This document shows, piece by piece, positions 9,523-17,708 of a DNA stretch of 42,338 nucleotides. Under the pieces are notes generated by a model, which searched no databases, was not told the origin of the DNA, and saw nothing but the letters and a program-made list of their open reading frames with translations. This DNA comes from an uncultured Synergistales bacterium (GTDB lineage Bacteria > Synergistota > Synergistia > Synergistales > Aminobacteriaceae): the NCBI GenBank assembly GCA_937897575.1, contig CALCQG010000140.1, positions 1-42,338 on the forward strand, given 5' to 3'. The position numbers were made by a program, and so were the translations under genes. How positions within the stretch are numbered: position 1 is the first letter of the stretch; each line of letters begins with the position of its first letter.

Positions 9523-10002
9523 TTAGTGGCATAGGGGGCAGAAGTGGGCGTGAAGGTAGTCCCCCAGCTCCCTGGGCGAGAGGACCAGCACGCAGCCCAT
9601 AACCCCGCCCGACAGGGCAATGGCCTCGAAGGCGAGGGCACCCTCGTCGATGAACACCGGGTAGGCCTTCTTCGTCCCCAGCGGGGTCACGCTGCCCCGC
9701 TCATAGCCCGTCAGAGCCTTCAGGTCCCGCGTCGCGGCGAGAGACATGCTCTTGCACCCCAGGGCTCTGGCGGCCAACTTCAGGTCCAGGTTTCTCTCCA
9801 CGGGGACGAGGAACAGGGCGATCTGCCCGTCGTCGGAGAGGGCGCACAGGGATTTGAAGAACCGCTCCGCCTCCATCTGGAGTTGGCGGCAGGCGGCCTC
9901 GCCGGAGAACTCCTCCTTTGCCAGTTTGTACTGCAGCACCTCATAGGCGATGCCGGCGTGATCCAGCAGACGCATGGCGTTGGTTTTGGGCTGTTTCTTC
10001 AT
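9523..10002 (-). CDS. ybaK: Cys-tRNA(Pro) deacylase YbaK
   Basis: KTNAMRLLD, FKSL, LDLK, TGYERGSVTPLG, SGG motifs. Confidence 0.88.
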   Translation of the reverse strand: MKKQPKTNAMRLLDHAGIAYEVLQYKLAKEEFSGEAACRQLQMEAERFFKSLCALSDDGQIALFLVPVERNLDLKLAARALGCKSMSLAATRDLKALTGYERGSVTPLGTKKAYPVFIDEGALAFEAIALSGGVMGCVLVLSPRELGDYLHAHFCPLCH

Positions 10003-10112
10003 GGTCGCCCCTTCCTTGCATCGAAATTTTCCCCATGGTATCTCTCTGAACAGCGACGACTATAGACGAAAAGAGGCCGCCTGACCAGAGGCTGGATCGT
10101 TGTCCACCGTCC

Positions 10113-10141
10113 TTGACAAAATATGGGGTGGAGGGTATGGT
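10113..10141 (+). promoter_or_regulatory. Sigma70-type promoter of the first IclR gene
   Basis: TTGACA (10113-10118), 17-bp spacer, TATGGT (10136-10141). Confidence 0.65.
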
Positions 10142-10147
10142 TGTTTC

Positions 10148-10945
10148 ATGAGACAGATAAAAAGTCCGCAGAGCGAAACAAAAACGGAAAAAGAGCCGAT
10201 CCGGGTCCTCTCACGGGCCTTCTCGATTCTCGTACACATGGCCCGTGAACGACGCCCTCTGGGCATCACGGAGATCGCATCGGCCGTCTCTTTACCCAAG
10301 GCCACGGTCTATCGCATGCTCGACAGCCTCGAGGGGGAGCGAGCGGTGCTGAACCGGGGCGGCGAGTACGAGATAGGCCCCGTGGCCCTTTTGCTGGCCG
10401 ATGCCTACCGGAGGCAACTGGGCTTCGCGGAGGTCGCGCGAGCTCGACTTCTGGCGCTGAGGAGCGCCACGAAGGAGACGGTGCACCTCTTCGTCTACGA
10501 GCGGGGGGAGTTCTACTACCTCGACAAGATGGAGAGCCCCTATCAGGTGCGCATGCACTCCCAGGTGGGGGCGAAGGCGTCCCTCGTCCGTCTCTCCGCC
10601 GGCAAGGCCGTCCTCGCCAGTCTGTCGGAGGACGAACGGCGGGCCATCGGAGAATCTATCCCCGAGAGCGTCAAGGCGGAGTTTCCCCAAATCCGTGCGA
10701 AGGGGTACGCCGTGGACGATGAACAGAACGAACCGGGCCTTCGGTGCGTCGGAGCGGCGATTCTGGACGGCAGAGGGTACCCCCGGGGCGCCGTGAGCGT
10801 CTCGGCGCCGGTCTATCGTTTCACTGCGGAGCTCATCGGGCAGTATGGCGCCCTGGTCCGGTCGGCGGCCCAGGGTATCGGCGAAGACGTGCTCCGCTCC
10901 GAGGCGCCCGACGGGCACCTGGAGCGCAGAGCGATCAACGAATAG
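10148..10945 (+). CDS. IclR family transcriptional regulator
   Basis: HTH GITEIASAVSLPKATVYRML; effector domain SAGKA, GYAVDDEQNEPGLRCVGA. Start moved from TTG 10100 to ATG 10148 because the promoter lies inside the extension. Confidence 0.9.
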   Translation: MRQIKSPQSETKTEKEPIRVLSRAFSILVHMARERRPLGITEIASAVSLPKATVYRMLDSLEGERAVLNRGGEYEIGPVALLLADAYRRQLGFAEVARARLLALRSATKETVHLFVYERGEFYYLDKMESPYQVRMHSQVGAKASLVRLSAGKAVLASLSEDERRAIGESIPESVKAEFPQIRAKGYAVDDEQNEPGLRCVGAAILDGRGYPRGAVSVSAPVYRFTAELIGQYGALVRSAAQGIGEDVLRSEAPDGHLERRAINE

Positions 10946-10976
10946 GCAAAAATCACTCTCAAAGGAGGAAACAGCA

Positions 10977-12134
10977 ATGATCAAAACAAAGAAACTCGTC
11001 ATGATTCCCGGACCCACCCCCGTGGTGCGGTCGATTCAGGACCAGATGGCCAGAGAGACGGTGGCCTTCGGCGACCCGCAGTTCGTCAAGGACTTTTCGG
11101 AGGTCATCGCCGACCTGAAGGCCATGTGGCGGTGCGACGGCGAGGTCTTCGTCGTGGCCGGCTCCGGCACCATGGGCATGGAGATGGCCATAGCCAACAC
11201 CACGAAGCGGGGGGACAACGTCCTCATCTGCTCCAACGGCTTCTTCGGCGACCGCTTCATCGATATGTGCAAGCGCAAGGAGCTCAATGTCGACATCCTG
11301 CAGGCGGAGTGGGGGAAGTCCATCACGGCCGAGCAGGTGGAGAAGAAGCTCGCCGAGAAGAAGTACCAGATCGTGACGGTGACCCACGTGGAGACGTCCA
11401 CGGGCGTGGAGGCCCCCATAGCGGCCATCGGTGACGTCATGAAGAAGCACCCCGAGACCCTCTACATCGTTGATGGTGTCGCCGCCACAGGCGGTGTCGA
11501 AGAGTACATGGACACCATGGGGATCGACGTGATCCTCAGCTGCACCCAGAAGGTCTTCGGCGTGGCTCCGGGACTCACCATGGTGTGGGCGAGCAAGAGA
11601 GCCATGGAGCGGAGAAAGACGCTCGGCGACATCCCCGAGTCCTACATCGACTTCGACAAGTGGCTTCCCGTCATGCACGACCCCTCCAAGTACTGGGGCA
11701 CGCCCGCCATCAACATGGTCTGGGCGCTGAAGGAAGCTGTTCGGATCATGAAGGAGGAGGGCCTCGAGGAGCGGTACGCCCGGCACCGTCGCCAGGCGGC
11801 CATGGTGGACGACGCCATGGAGGCCATCGGGTTCAAGGTCGCCGCCGAGAAGGCTCACCGCGGCCCCACGCTCTCCGTCTACCTCTACCCGGAGGGCTCG
11901 GGCATCGACGACGGCAAATTCCGGGCGAACCTTGCGGAGGAGGGCGCTCAGACGGCCGGATGCCTCGGCAGCTTTGCCGGCAAGGGGTTCCGCATGGGGC
12001 ACATGGGCAACATCGACAAGCACACGCTCGTCTCGGCCGTCGCGGCTGTTGAGCGGGCCTGCGTGAAGAGCGGCTACAAGGTGGAGTTCGGCAAGGCCCT
12101 CGGGGTCCTTCAGAAGGGGCTTGTCACGGAGTAA
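10977..12134 (+). CDS. PLP-dependent class V aminotransferase (alanine-glyoxylate/serine-pyruvate/PucG family)
   Basis: MIPGPT, GSGTMGME, THVETSTGV, VDGVA, PLP Lys in SCTQK, FRMGHMG; AAAGGAGG RBS before ATG 10977. Confidence 0.9.
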   Translation: MIKTKKLVMIPGPTPVVRSIQDQMARETVAFGDPQFVKDFSEVIADLKAMWRCDGEVFVVAGSGTMGMEMAIANTTKRGDNVLICSNGFFGDRFIDMCKRKELNVDILQAEWGKSITAEQVEKKLAEKKYQIVTVTHVETSTGVEAPIAAIGDVMKKHPETLYIVDGVAATGGVEEYMDTMGIDVILSCTQKVFGVAPGLTMVWASKRAMERRKTLGDIPESYIDFDKWLPVMHDPSKYWGTPAINMVWALKEAVRIMKEEGLEERYARHRRQAAMVDDAMEAIGFKVAAEKAHRGPTLSVYLYPEGSGIDDGKFRANLAEEGAQTAGCLGSFAGKGFRMGHMGNIDKHTLVSAVAAVERACVKSGYKVEFGKALGVLQKGLVTE

Positions 12135-12169
12135 CCGAGTCGTCGGCGTTTCAGGATAATGGGACATAC

Positions 12170-12197
12170 AAGAGGGGCCGGGCATCCGGCCCCTCTT
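12170..12197. terminator. Strong hairpin after the aminotransferase
   Basis: aagaggggccgg-gcat-ccggcccctctt forms a 12-bp perfect stem immediately before the next RBS. Confidence 0.6.
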
Positions 12198-12217
12198 CAA
12201 CAGGAGGAGATGAAATC

Positions 12218-12667
12218 ATGGAGCGAGAGATAGTTCGGGTCGGTCTGTTCATCTGCAACCGGTACCACACCTGTGCCGGAGGGAAATGCCTTCGGGCCCT
12301 CAGAAACCGGGAGGGCGCCTTCAGCCTGTACAAGGGGAAGGATGCGGAGCTCGTGGGGTATACCACGTGCAGCGGCTGTCCCGGCGGGAACATCGAGTAC
12401 GCCCCCGCGGAGATGAAGAAGAACGGGGCGACGGTCATCCACCTTGCCACAGGGATGACGGTGGGTTATCCGCCCTGCCATAGGATCGACTTCTTCAAAC
12501 AGTACATAGAGGAGGCGTACGGCCTCCCCGTAGTGGTGGGGAGTCACCCCATTCCCGAGAAGTACTGGGTGATCCATAGCGCCCTGAAAACGTGGGACTC
12601 CCCTCAGTGGCAGGAGCGGATCGCCCATGTGCGCTGCGACCCCGAGACGCGCCTGGCGTACAACTGA
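12218..12667 (+). CDS. CGGC-domain Cys-rich (putative metal/Fe-S binding) protein
   Basis: ICNRYHTCAGGKCLRA, TTCSGCPG, IHLAT, YPPC, VVGSH pattern. Confidence 0.82.
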   Translation: MEREIVRVGLFICNRYHTCAGGKCLRALRNREGAFSLYKGKDAELVGYTTCSGCPGGNIEYAPAEMKKNGATVIHLATGMTVGYPPCHRIDFFKQYIEEAYGLPVVVGSHPIPEKYWVIHSALKTWDSPQWQERIAHVRCDPETRLAYN

Positions 12668-12759
12668 GTCGGCAGACGGGGGCGCGGAACCGGACGGAGT
12701 TTGGAAGGACGGTGCCTGACGGAGGACAGGAGCATCGCCTGCGCTCCGAGCACCTTCAT

Positions 12760-12781
12760 GGGGCGGGTGACCGCCCCTTTT
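12760..12781 (+). terminator. Intrinsic terminator
   Basis: ggggcgg-gtga-ccgcccc-tttt. Confidence 0.6.
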
Positions 12782-12863
12782 CGAACGAGCGTACGAGAGC
12801 GAGATGGTGAGAGAACCTGCACCCCGAAGCACCCTTGCAGGGGTTCCCACGGGAGGAGAGACG

Positions 12864-13313
12864 ATGAACAGAATTCACGAGGCGTCGGAGCGGTTTTTGA
12901 AGGGGTATGCCTGTTCTCAGGCGGTGTTCGCCACCTATGGCGCATCACACGGCGTTCCGGAGGAGATGGCGTTGCGCATCGCCTCGGGGTTCGCCGGAGG
13001 CATGAAGACCGGGAGCACCTGCGGTGCGGTTACCGGGGCGATCATGGCCATCGGGATGCTCTACGGAGCGGAGGAGTGCGCCACGGTGGCGGGGCGGGCG
13101 GCGGTGTACGAGGCGGTGAAGGAGTTCTCGGAGAGATTTCGGGAACGCTACGGCTCGTTGCTGTGCAAAGAGCTGCTTGGGTGTGACACGAGCACGCCCG
13201 AGGGGCACCAGCGGGCAAAGGAGCTGAATCTGTTCAAGACCCGGTGTGTCTGCCTCGTGGAGGGTGCTGCCGCTATTCTGGAGGAGATGGAGAGAACAAG
13301 GGCGGCATCCTGA
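12864..13313 (+). CDS. C_GCAxxG_C_C family putative redox-active protein
   Basis: GYACSQAV, GFAGGM, TCGAVTGA, LLCKELLG, terminal C; GGAGG RBS before ATG 12864. Confidence 0.88.
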   Translation: MNRIHEASERFLKGYACSQAVFATYGASHGVPEEMALRIASGFAGGMKTGSTCGAVTGAIMAIGMLYGAEECATVAGRAAVYEAVKEFSERFRERYGSLLCKELLGCDTSTPEGHQRAKELNLFKTRCVCLVEGAAAILEEMERTRAAS

Positions 13314-13467
13314 CGCCTTCTGATCGAAGGACGTCCAGCGCAGGGCATGAAAGCGGGACCCATGCCGTCCGGATCACGGGCGTTGTTGTGCGGGGAGCGG
13401 GTGCCGATTCCTTGAAGCACCCTCCCCCTCAAAGGAATGCCTCCGTGCGGCGGACGGTGTTCGAAGA

Positions 13468-13508
13468 CCGAGGAGGGGCCTCCGGCGGAGGTCCCTCCTC
13501 GGCCTTTC
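13468..13508. terminator. Long hairpin in a convergent intergenic region
   Basis: ccgaggaggggcctcc / ggaggtccctcctcgg stem with one G-T pair, followed by cctttc. Confidence 0.5.
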
Positions 13509-13649
13509 ACTGCAAGATCGGCGATGCTGCTCGTCTGGGAGGGGGGCGTTTATACAGCCGCCACGCGGAGAGGTGTATACGGATCACCGAAGCCGACGGG
13601 CGCCAGATTCTCTGAGGGGCTCTTACTTCGTCGCCCCGTTGTGGGCTTC

Positions 13650-14291
13650 CTAGAACCCGAGCTCCTCGCCGACGACGAGGACGTGGAAATCCGCCCCGCC
13701 CGGCTTCTTCTCAATGATGGTCGTCACGTTGCAGATCCTGGTAGCAGACTGGCAGTCCATGCACGTCCCGGTCTCCGTGCAGGGATTTTTCAGACCCAGC
13801 CTCTTGTTGTTCAGAGGGGCAGCCTTCGTCTCGATGCGGTCGAAGGCCTCGGCGAGATCGCGGACGATCTTGTTAGCTCCCGCCACGACGACGACGCGCT
13901 TCGGCCCGAAGATCATGGCTGCAACGCGGTTACCGCTCCCGTCCACGTTGACGAGCTCACCGTCGAGGGTGACGGCGTTCGTCCCGGACAGGAACACGTC
14001 GCAGGTGAGCTGCTTTCTCCGGAGGTCCAGTTTTTCCTCGTTGGTCAGCCCCGGAACTCCGTGATCGTAGAGGGCGTGTCCGCCCTTCGCGAGCGTTTCG
14101 GACACTCCGAGGGCCTTCACGGTCCACGATCCTCCGAATCCCACGGACGCTCCCTCGGGAATGAGGGACAGAAGCTTCTTGGCGGCCTCCTCCTTCGTCG
14201 CGCAGTACTCCGCCTCGAAACGATTCCTCTTCAGCGCCTCCACGGCTCTCTCCCCCAGAGCTTCATACTGCCACGGCGTGAACTCGTTCAT
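13650..14291 (-). CDS. LutC/YkgG (LUD domain) family protein with Cys cluster
   Basis: VGFGGS, FLSGTNAVTLDGELVNVDGSGNRVAA, GANKIV, CTETGTCMDC...IC. Confidence 0.85.
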   Translation of the reverse strand: MNEFTPWQYEALGERAVEALKRNRFEAEYCATKEEAAKKLLSLIPEGASVGFGGSWTVKALGVSETLAKGGHALYDHGVPGLTNEEKLDLRRKQLTCDVFLSGTNAVTLDGELVNVDGSGNRVAAMIFGPKRVVVVAGANKIVRDLAEAFDRIETKAAPLNNKRLGLKNPCTETGTCMDCQSATRICNVTTIIEKKPGGADFHVLVVGEELGF

Positions 14292-14334
14292 CGAAATCTC
14301 CTCCTTTGCTCCTTGAATATCTTTTTATTGTACG

Positions 14335-14922
14335 TCAAATGAGCCCCGAGATGGCCACGGCGCTGTACACGAGAAGCAGCGCCATCACGACGGCAAAGGC
14401 CTTCTGATGGGCTCCCATCCACCGGTCCAGGAAGACGCCGAAGAGCGCCCAGAGGACCAGGGAGGAGAACCCCATGAGGGCGAGAAAGGCGGAGAAGAGG
14501 ACAAGATGGGGCCACGCCCGCGTGTAGGGGATGATGAACGTGGCCGTCACGGTGAGGGCGTAGAGGATGACCTTCACGTTGACGGATTGAAGGAGAAGCC
14601 CCGCGAGGTAGGAGTTCCCCTCACTCATGCTGCCTCCCTTCTTCGGGTTGTGCGGGCGCAGGGTCCCCCAAGCGAGGTAGAGCATGTAGGCCACTCCTAC
14701 CCATCGCATGAAGGGGAGGAAGAGGGGCACCAGCTCTGACAGAAGGACGTTGAAGAGGCAGGAGGCGAGCATGATGATAAAGGCGCCGCTGCCCATGCCC
14801 AGCATGAAGGGTAGAGCCCCCCGGAAACCGTACCGGTTCCCGTTCCGCATGGCCATGATGTTGTTCGGCCCCGGTGTGTAGGTCGTGACGACCACGTAGG
14901 AAAAAAACGCGCTCAAATCCAT
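14335..14922 (-). CDS. LysE/RhtB family amino acid exporter (EamB-like)
   Basis: TPGPNNIM, GVAYMLYLAW, LQSVNVK; the real start is ATG 14922 with an AAAGGAG RBS. Confidence 0.88.
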   Translation of the reverse strand: MDLSAFFSYVVVTTYTPGPNNIMAMRNGNRYGFRGALPFMLGMGSGAFIIMLASCLFNVLLSELVPLFLPFMRWVGVAYMLYLAWGTLRPHNPKKGGSMSEGNSYLAGLLLQSVNVKVILYALTVTATFIIPYTRAWPHLVLFSAFLALMGFSSLVLWALFGVFLDRWMGAHQKAFAVVMALLLVYSAVAISGLI

Positions 14923-15051
14923 GGTTTTGTTCGCTCCTTTGTCACAGTGCAGTATAGAGGAAAAAGAAGTTCTGGAAAAGAGCGCGGAGTGCGAAAACCC
15001 GGAGCTTCTTTCTCCGGATAATTTGTGAGTGCTGCCAGCCGATCTTTTTGC

Positions 15052-15073
15052 CCGGTCAGAGGCCTCTGACCGG
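15052..15073. repeat. Perfect 22-bp palindrome in the divergent lysE/iclR intergenic region
   Basis: ccggtcagaggcctctgaccgg, extended after one mismatch by tttg/caaa. Confidence 0.8.
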
Positions 15074-15161
15074 ACAAACCCCCTCCTTACCGCCGTGCGG
15101 CGACGCCGTCTTTCCCGGAGGTAATTCGTGAAAAAATTTGAAATACAATATCCTTCAGCAT

Positions 15162-15226
15162 TTGACATTCCTTCGAGGGCAGGGTATACTCGTATCATAT
15201 TCAGACATCGTCTCACGTAGTGAGAC
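15162..15226 (+). promoter_or_regulatory. Sigma70 promoter plus candidate operator for the second IclR operon
   Basis: TTGACA (15162-15167), 17 bp, TATACT (15185-15190); inverted repeat GTCTCAC-gta-GTGAGAC (15210-15226) just before the AGGAGG RBS. Confidence 0.7.
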
Positions 15227-15240
15227 AAGGAGGTTGCCCT

Positions 15241-16026
15241 ATGAATTCCTCGCGATATCTGAATCAGTCCATCCTTCGCTCTCTCCAGGTGCTCGAAAGT
15301 TTTGCAGGTCCTCATACAGTGCTGTCCATATCCGACATCGCGCGGAGAATAGGGTTGCACAGAAGCACGGTCCACCGTTTGGTGCTCACCCTCGAGAGCG
15401 TCGGGTGGCTTCGCAAGATCCCCGATACGGAAAAGTACACCCTTGGAATAAAGGTCGCTATTCTCGGGCAGTTTGCCCAGCATGAGATGTCCTCCTGTCA
15501 GGCCCTCCGTCCCCTGCTGAACGATCTGGCTGCGGAGACGGGGGAGACAGCCATCCTCTCCATGTTCGACGGCAACAACGTTCTCTGTGTGGATAAGATA
15601 GAGTCGTCCCACAGGCTCAAAATCTCCTCGGAGATCGGCCAGCACTTCCCCTTTTATGCAGGAGCCACGGGTTTCGCTGTTCTTCTCGGCATGCCCGAGG
15701 GCGAGGTCCAGTCCCTCCTCTTCCGGCAACCTCTCACTGCCTTTACCGAAAAGACCGAGACGGTCCCCGAAAAGGTCCTTGAACGGTATCGCACGTTGAA
15801 ACAGGCCGGATACGTGGTCTCTACCGGAGCTGTCGATCCGGGTATCACGGGTGTGGCCGCCCCGCTCTTCTTCTTCAAGGAGAATGTGTACGGAAGCGTC
15901 GGAGTGACGATGCCGGAGCATCGCGCAAAAGGGGATGGCTTTCAGGGGATCGTGCAGAAGGTCCTTCGTACAGCGGAGGCCATGTCGAAAATGATCGGCG
16001 TCTCGCAGGGGGGAGAGCGCAGATGA
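15241..16026 (+). CDS. IclR family transcriptional regulator
   Basis: HTH SISDIARRIGLHRSTVHRL; ETGETA, GATG, GVAAP. Its stop overlaps the next start (ATGA). Confidence 0.9.
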   Translation: MNSSRYLNQSILRSLQVLESFAGPHTVLSISDIARRIGLHRSTVHRLVLTLESVGWLRKIPDTEKYTLGIKVAILGQFAQHEMSSCQALRPLLNDLAAETGETAILSMFDGNNVLCVDKIESSHRLKISSEIGQHFPFYAGATGFAVLLGMPEGEVQSLLFRQPLTAFTEKTETVPEKVLERYRTLKQAGYVVSTGAVDPGITGVAAPLFFFKENVYGSVGVTMPEHRAKGDGFQGIVQKVLRTAEAMSKMIGVSQGGERR

Positions 16027-17402
16027 GTCCTGCCGACGTGGTGCTTCGGAACGGACGGGTGTTCGCCTCCGGAGAAGTGTTTCACGGAGGGCTCGCCATC
16101 ACCGGCGGCAAAATCGCATCCCTGGGGGCCAATCCGTTTCTCCCCGCCGGGAAGAGGGAGCTGGACCTTCAGGGTGCCCTTGTCCTGCCGGGGGGTGTGG
16201 ACACCCATGTTCACCTGCGCGACCCGGGGCGGCGAGAGCGGGGCGATTTCGCGACGGAGACCGTTGCCGCCGCCGCCGGAGGTATCACGACCATACTGGA
16301 GATGCCCATCTCCGATCCCCCGCAGTATTCGCCCGAAATTCTCCGCAACAGAGTGCGATGCGCCTCGGAACGATCCTCCGTCGATTTCGCCTTCTACGGT
16401 GCTGCCGGAAACAGGGCGGAGTTCATCCCCGCTCTGGCGGATGCAGGTGTTGTCGCGTTCAAAACCTTTCTTTTCGCTCCCCCGGCAGGGCGGGAGGAGG
16501 AGTTTCTGGGCACCTGCGCCGAAGATGACGGGGCGTTGCTCCGTATCCTCGAGGCCGTGGCGGAGACGGGCAAGATCTGCGCCGTCCATGCCGAGGACGA
16601 CAGTATCGTTCAGCGATGCACCGCTGCGCTGCGAAGGGAGGGCGAAAAGAATTTTCTCGCCCACGGGAGGGCGAGGCCTCCCATCGCTGAAGTGTCGTCG
16701 GTGAACAAGGTCCTCCGGTACGCCCGGCACACCGGCGCCCGGGTCAGCATCTGCCATGTCTCCACGCCCGAGGCCATGGAGCTCATACGAACGGCCAAGC
16801 GGCAGGGCGTTCACGTGTACGCCGAAACCTGCCCCCAGTACCTCTTCTGCGACGAGGAGTCCGTGGAGCATCTTGGCCCCTTCGCCAAATTCAACCCGCC
16901 GATCCGGTCGAAAAAATCCTCCGATGGGCTCTGGCAATACGTGCTGGACGGGACGGTGGACTACATAGGCAGCGATCATGGCCCCTTTCTCCCTTCGGAA
17001 AAGGAACCGGGGCTGAGCGACATCTTTGCGTGTCCCGCCGGCTCCACCGGTTTCGAGGAACGTCTTCCGCTCTTCATCACGGCGGTGCGGGAGAAGAGGG
17101 TACCGCTTCAGCGGACAGTCGATCTGCTTTCCACGAACGCCGCAAAAACCTTCGGCCTCTTTCCCAGGAAGGGGGCCATCGCCGTGGGTTCTGACGGCGA
17201 TGTGGTGGTGGTGGATACGGAGCGTGACTTTATCGTCCGGAGGTCCTGCATGAAGACCGCGGGACGGGATATAGCCAGACTCTATGAAGGGCGACGTCTC
17301 TTCGGGCAGGTGATGCTCTGTCTTGTGCGTGGACGTGTTGTGCATGCAGCGAGCGAAGAGGTCCCGTCGGCCAGTGGATGGGGCCGGTGCGTCCTTGTCT
17401 AG
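16023..17402 (+). CDS. Cyclic amidohydrolase (allantoinase/hydantoinase/dihydroorotase family), copy 1
   Basis: DTHVH, AAAAGGITT, carboxy-Lys in AFKTF, VHAE, CHVST, ETCPQYL, NPPIR, GSDHGP. Confidence 0.88.
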   Translation: MSPADVVLRNGRVFASGEVFHGGLAITGGKIASLGANPFLPAGKRELDLQGALVLPGGVDTHVHLRDPGRRERGDFATETVAAAAGGITTILEMPISDPPQYSPEILRNRVRCASERSSVDFAFYGAAGNRAEFIPALADAGVVAFKTFLFAPPAGREEEFLGTCAEDDGALLRILEAVAETGKICAVHAEDDSIVQRCTAALRREGEKNFLAHGRARPPIAEVSSVNKVLRYARHTGARVSICHVSTPEAMELIRTAKRQGVHVYAETCPQYLFCDEESVEHLGPFAKFNPPIRSKKSSDGLWQYVLDGTVDYIGSDHGPFLPSEKEPGLSDIFACPAGSTGFEERLPLFITAVREKRVPLQRTVDLLSTNAAKTFGLFPRKGAIAVGSDGDVVVVDTERDFIVRRSCMKTAGRDIARLYEGRRLFGQVMLCLVRGRVVHAASEEVPSASGWGRCVLV

Positions 17403-17461
17403 GGGACGTTTGCGGAAGCACCGTTATTGGCGGCTCGATCCCTGAAGGAGGTGCAGAAGCG

Positions 17462-17664
17462 GTGATTCCCAGATCGCTCATGCTGTATTGGGTATTTTTC
17501 GCGTTCCTATGTCTGCTCCCCACTACCGTTCTTACGGGTGGTTCCCCATCCTTCCGTCTCTTGTCACCGGTGTCATTGCGCTCGTCATCGTGAGTCTCAT
17601 GACACCGCCGCCATCGCAGGCAGTGCTGGACCGGTTCTTCGGTCCGGGGTCCGATGGCAGGTAG
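17462..17664 (+). pseudogene. Internally deleted sodium:solute symporter (SSS/PutP-like) remnant
   Basis: GAAGGAGGT RBS and GTG open a hydrophobic MIPRSLMLYWVFFAFLCLL. A shifted frame gives YGWFPILPSLVTGVIALVIVSLMTPPPSQAVLDRFF...stop 17664, which resembles SSS C-termini. Confidence 0.6.
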
Positions 17665-17708
17665 GTTATCTGGTGTGTGTGCATTTATCGAATAAGGAGG
17701 TTATTGCG

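Noticed and set aside
14335..15921. 528-aa apparent fusion ending in a LysE domain
   Set aside because: The N-terminal part is antisense to the IclR gene and its promoter; LysE has its own RBS and ATG at 14922.
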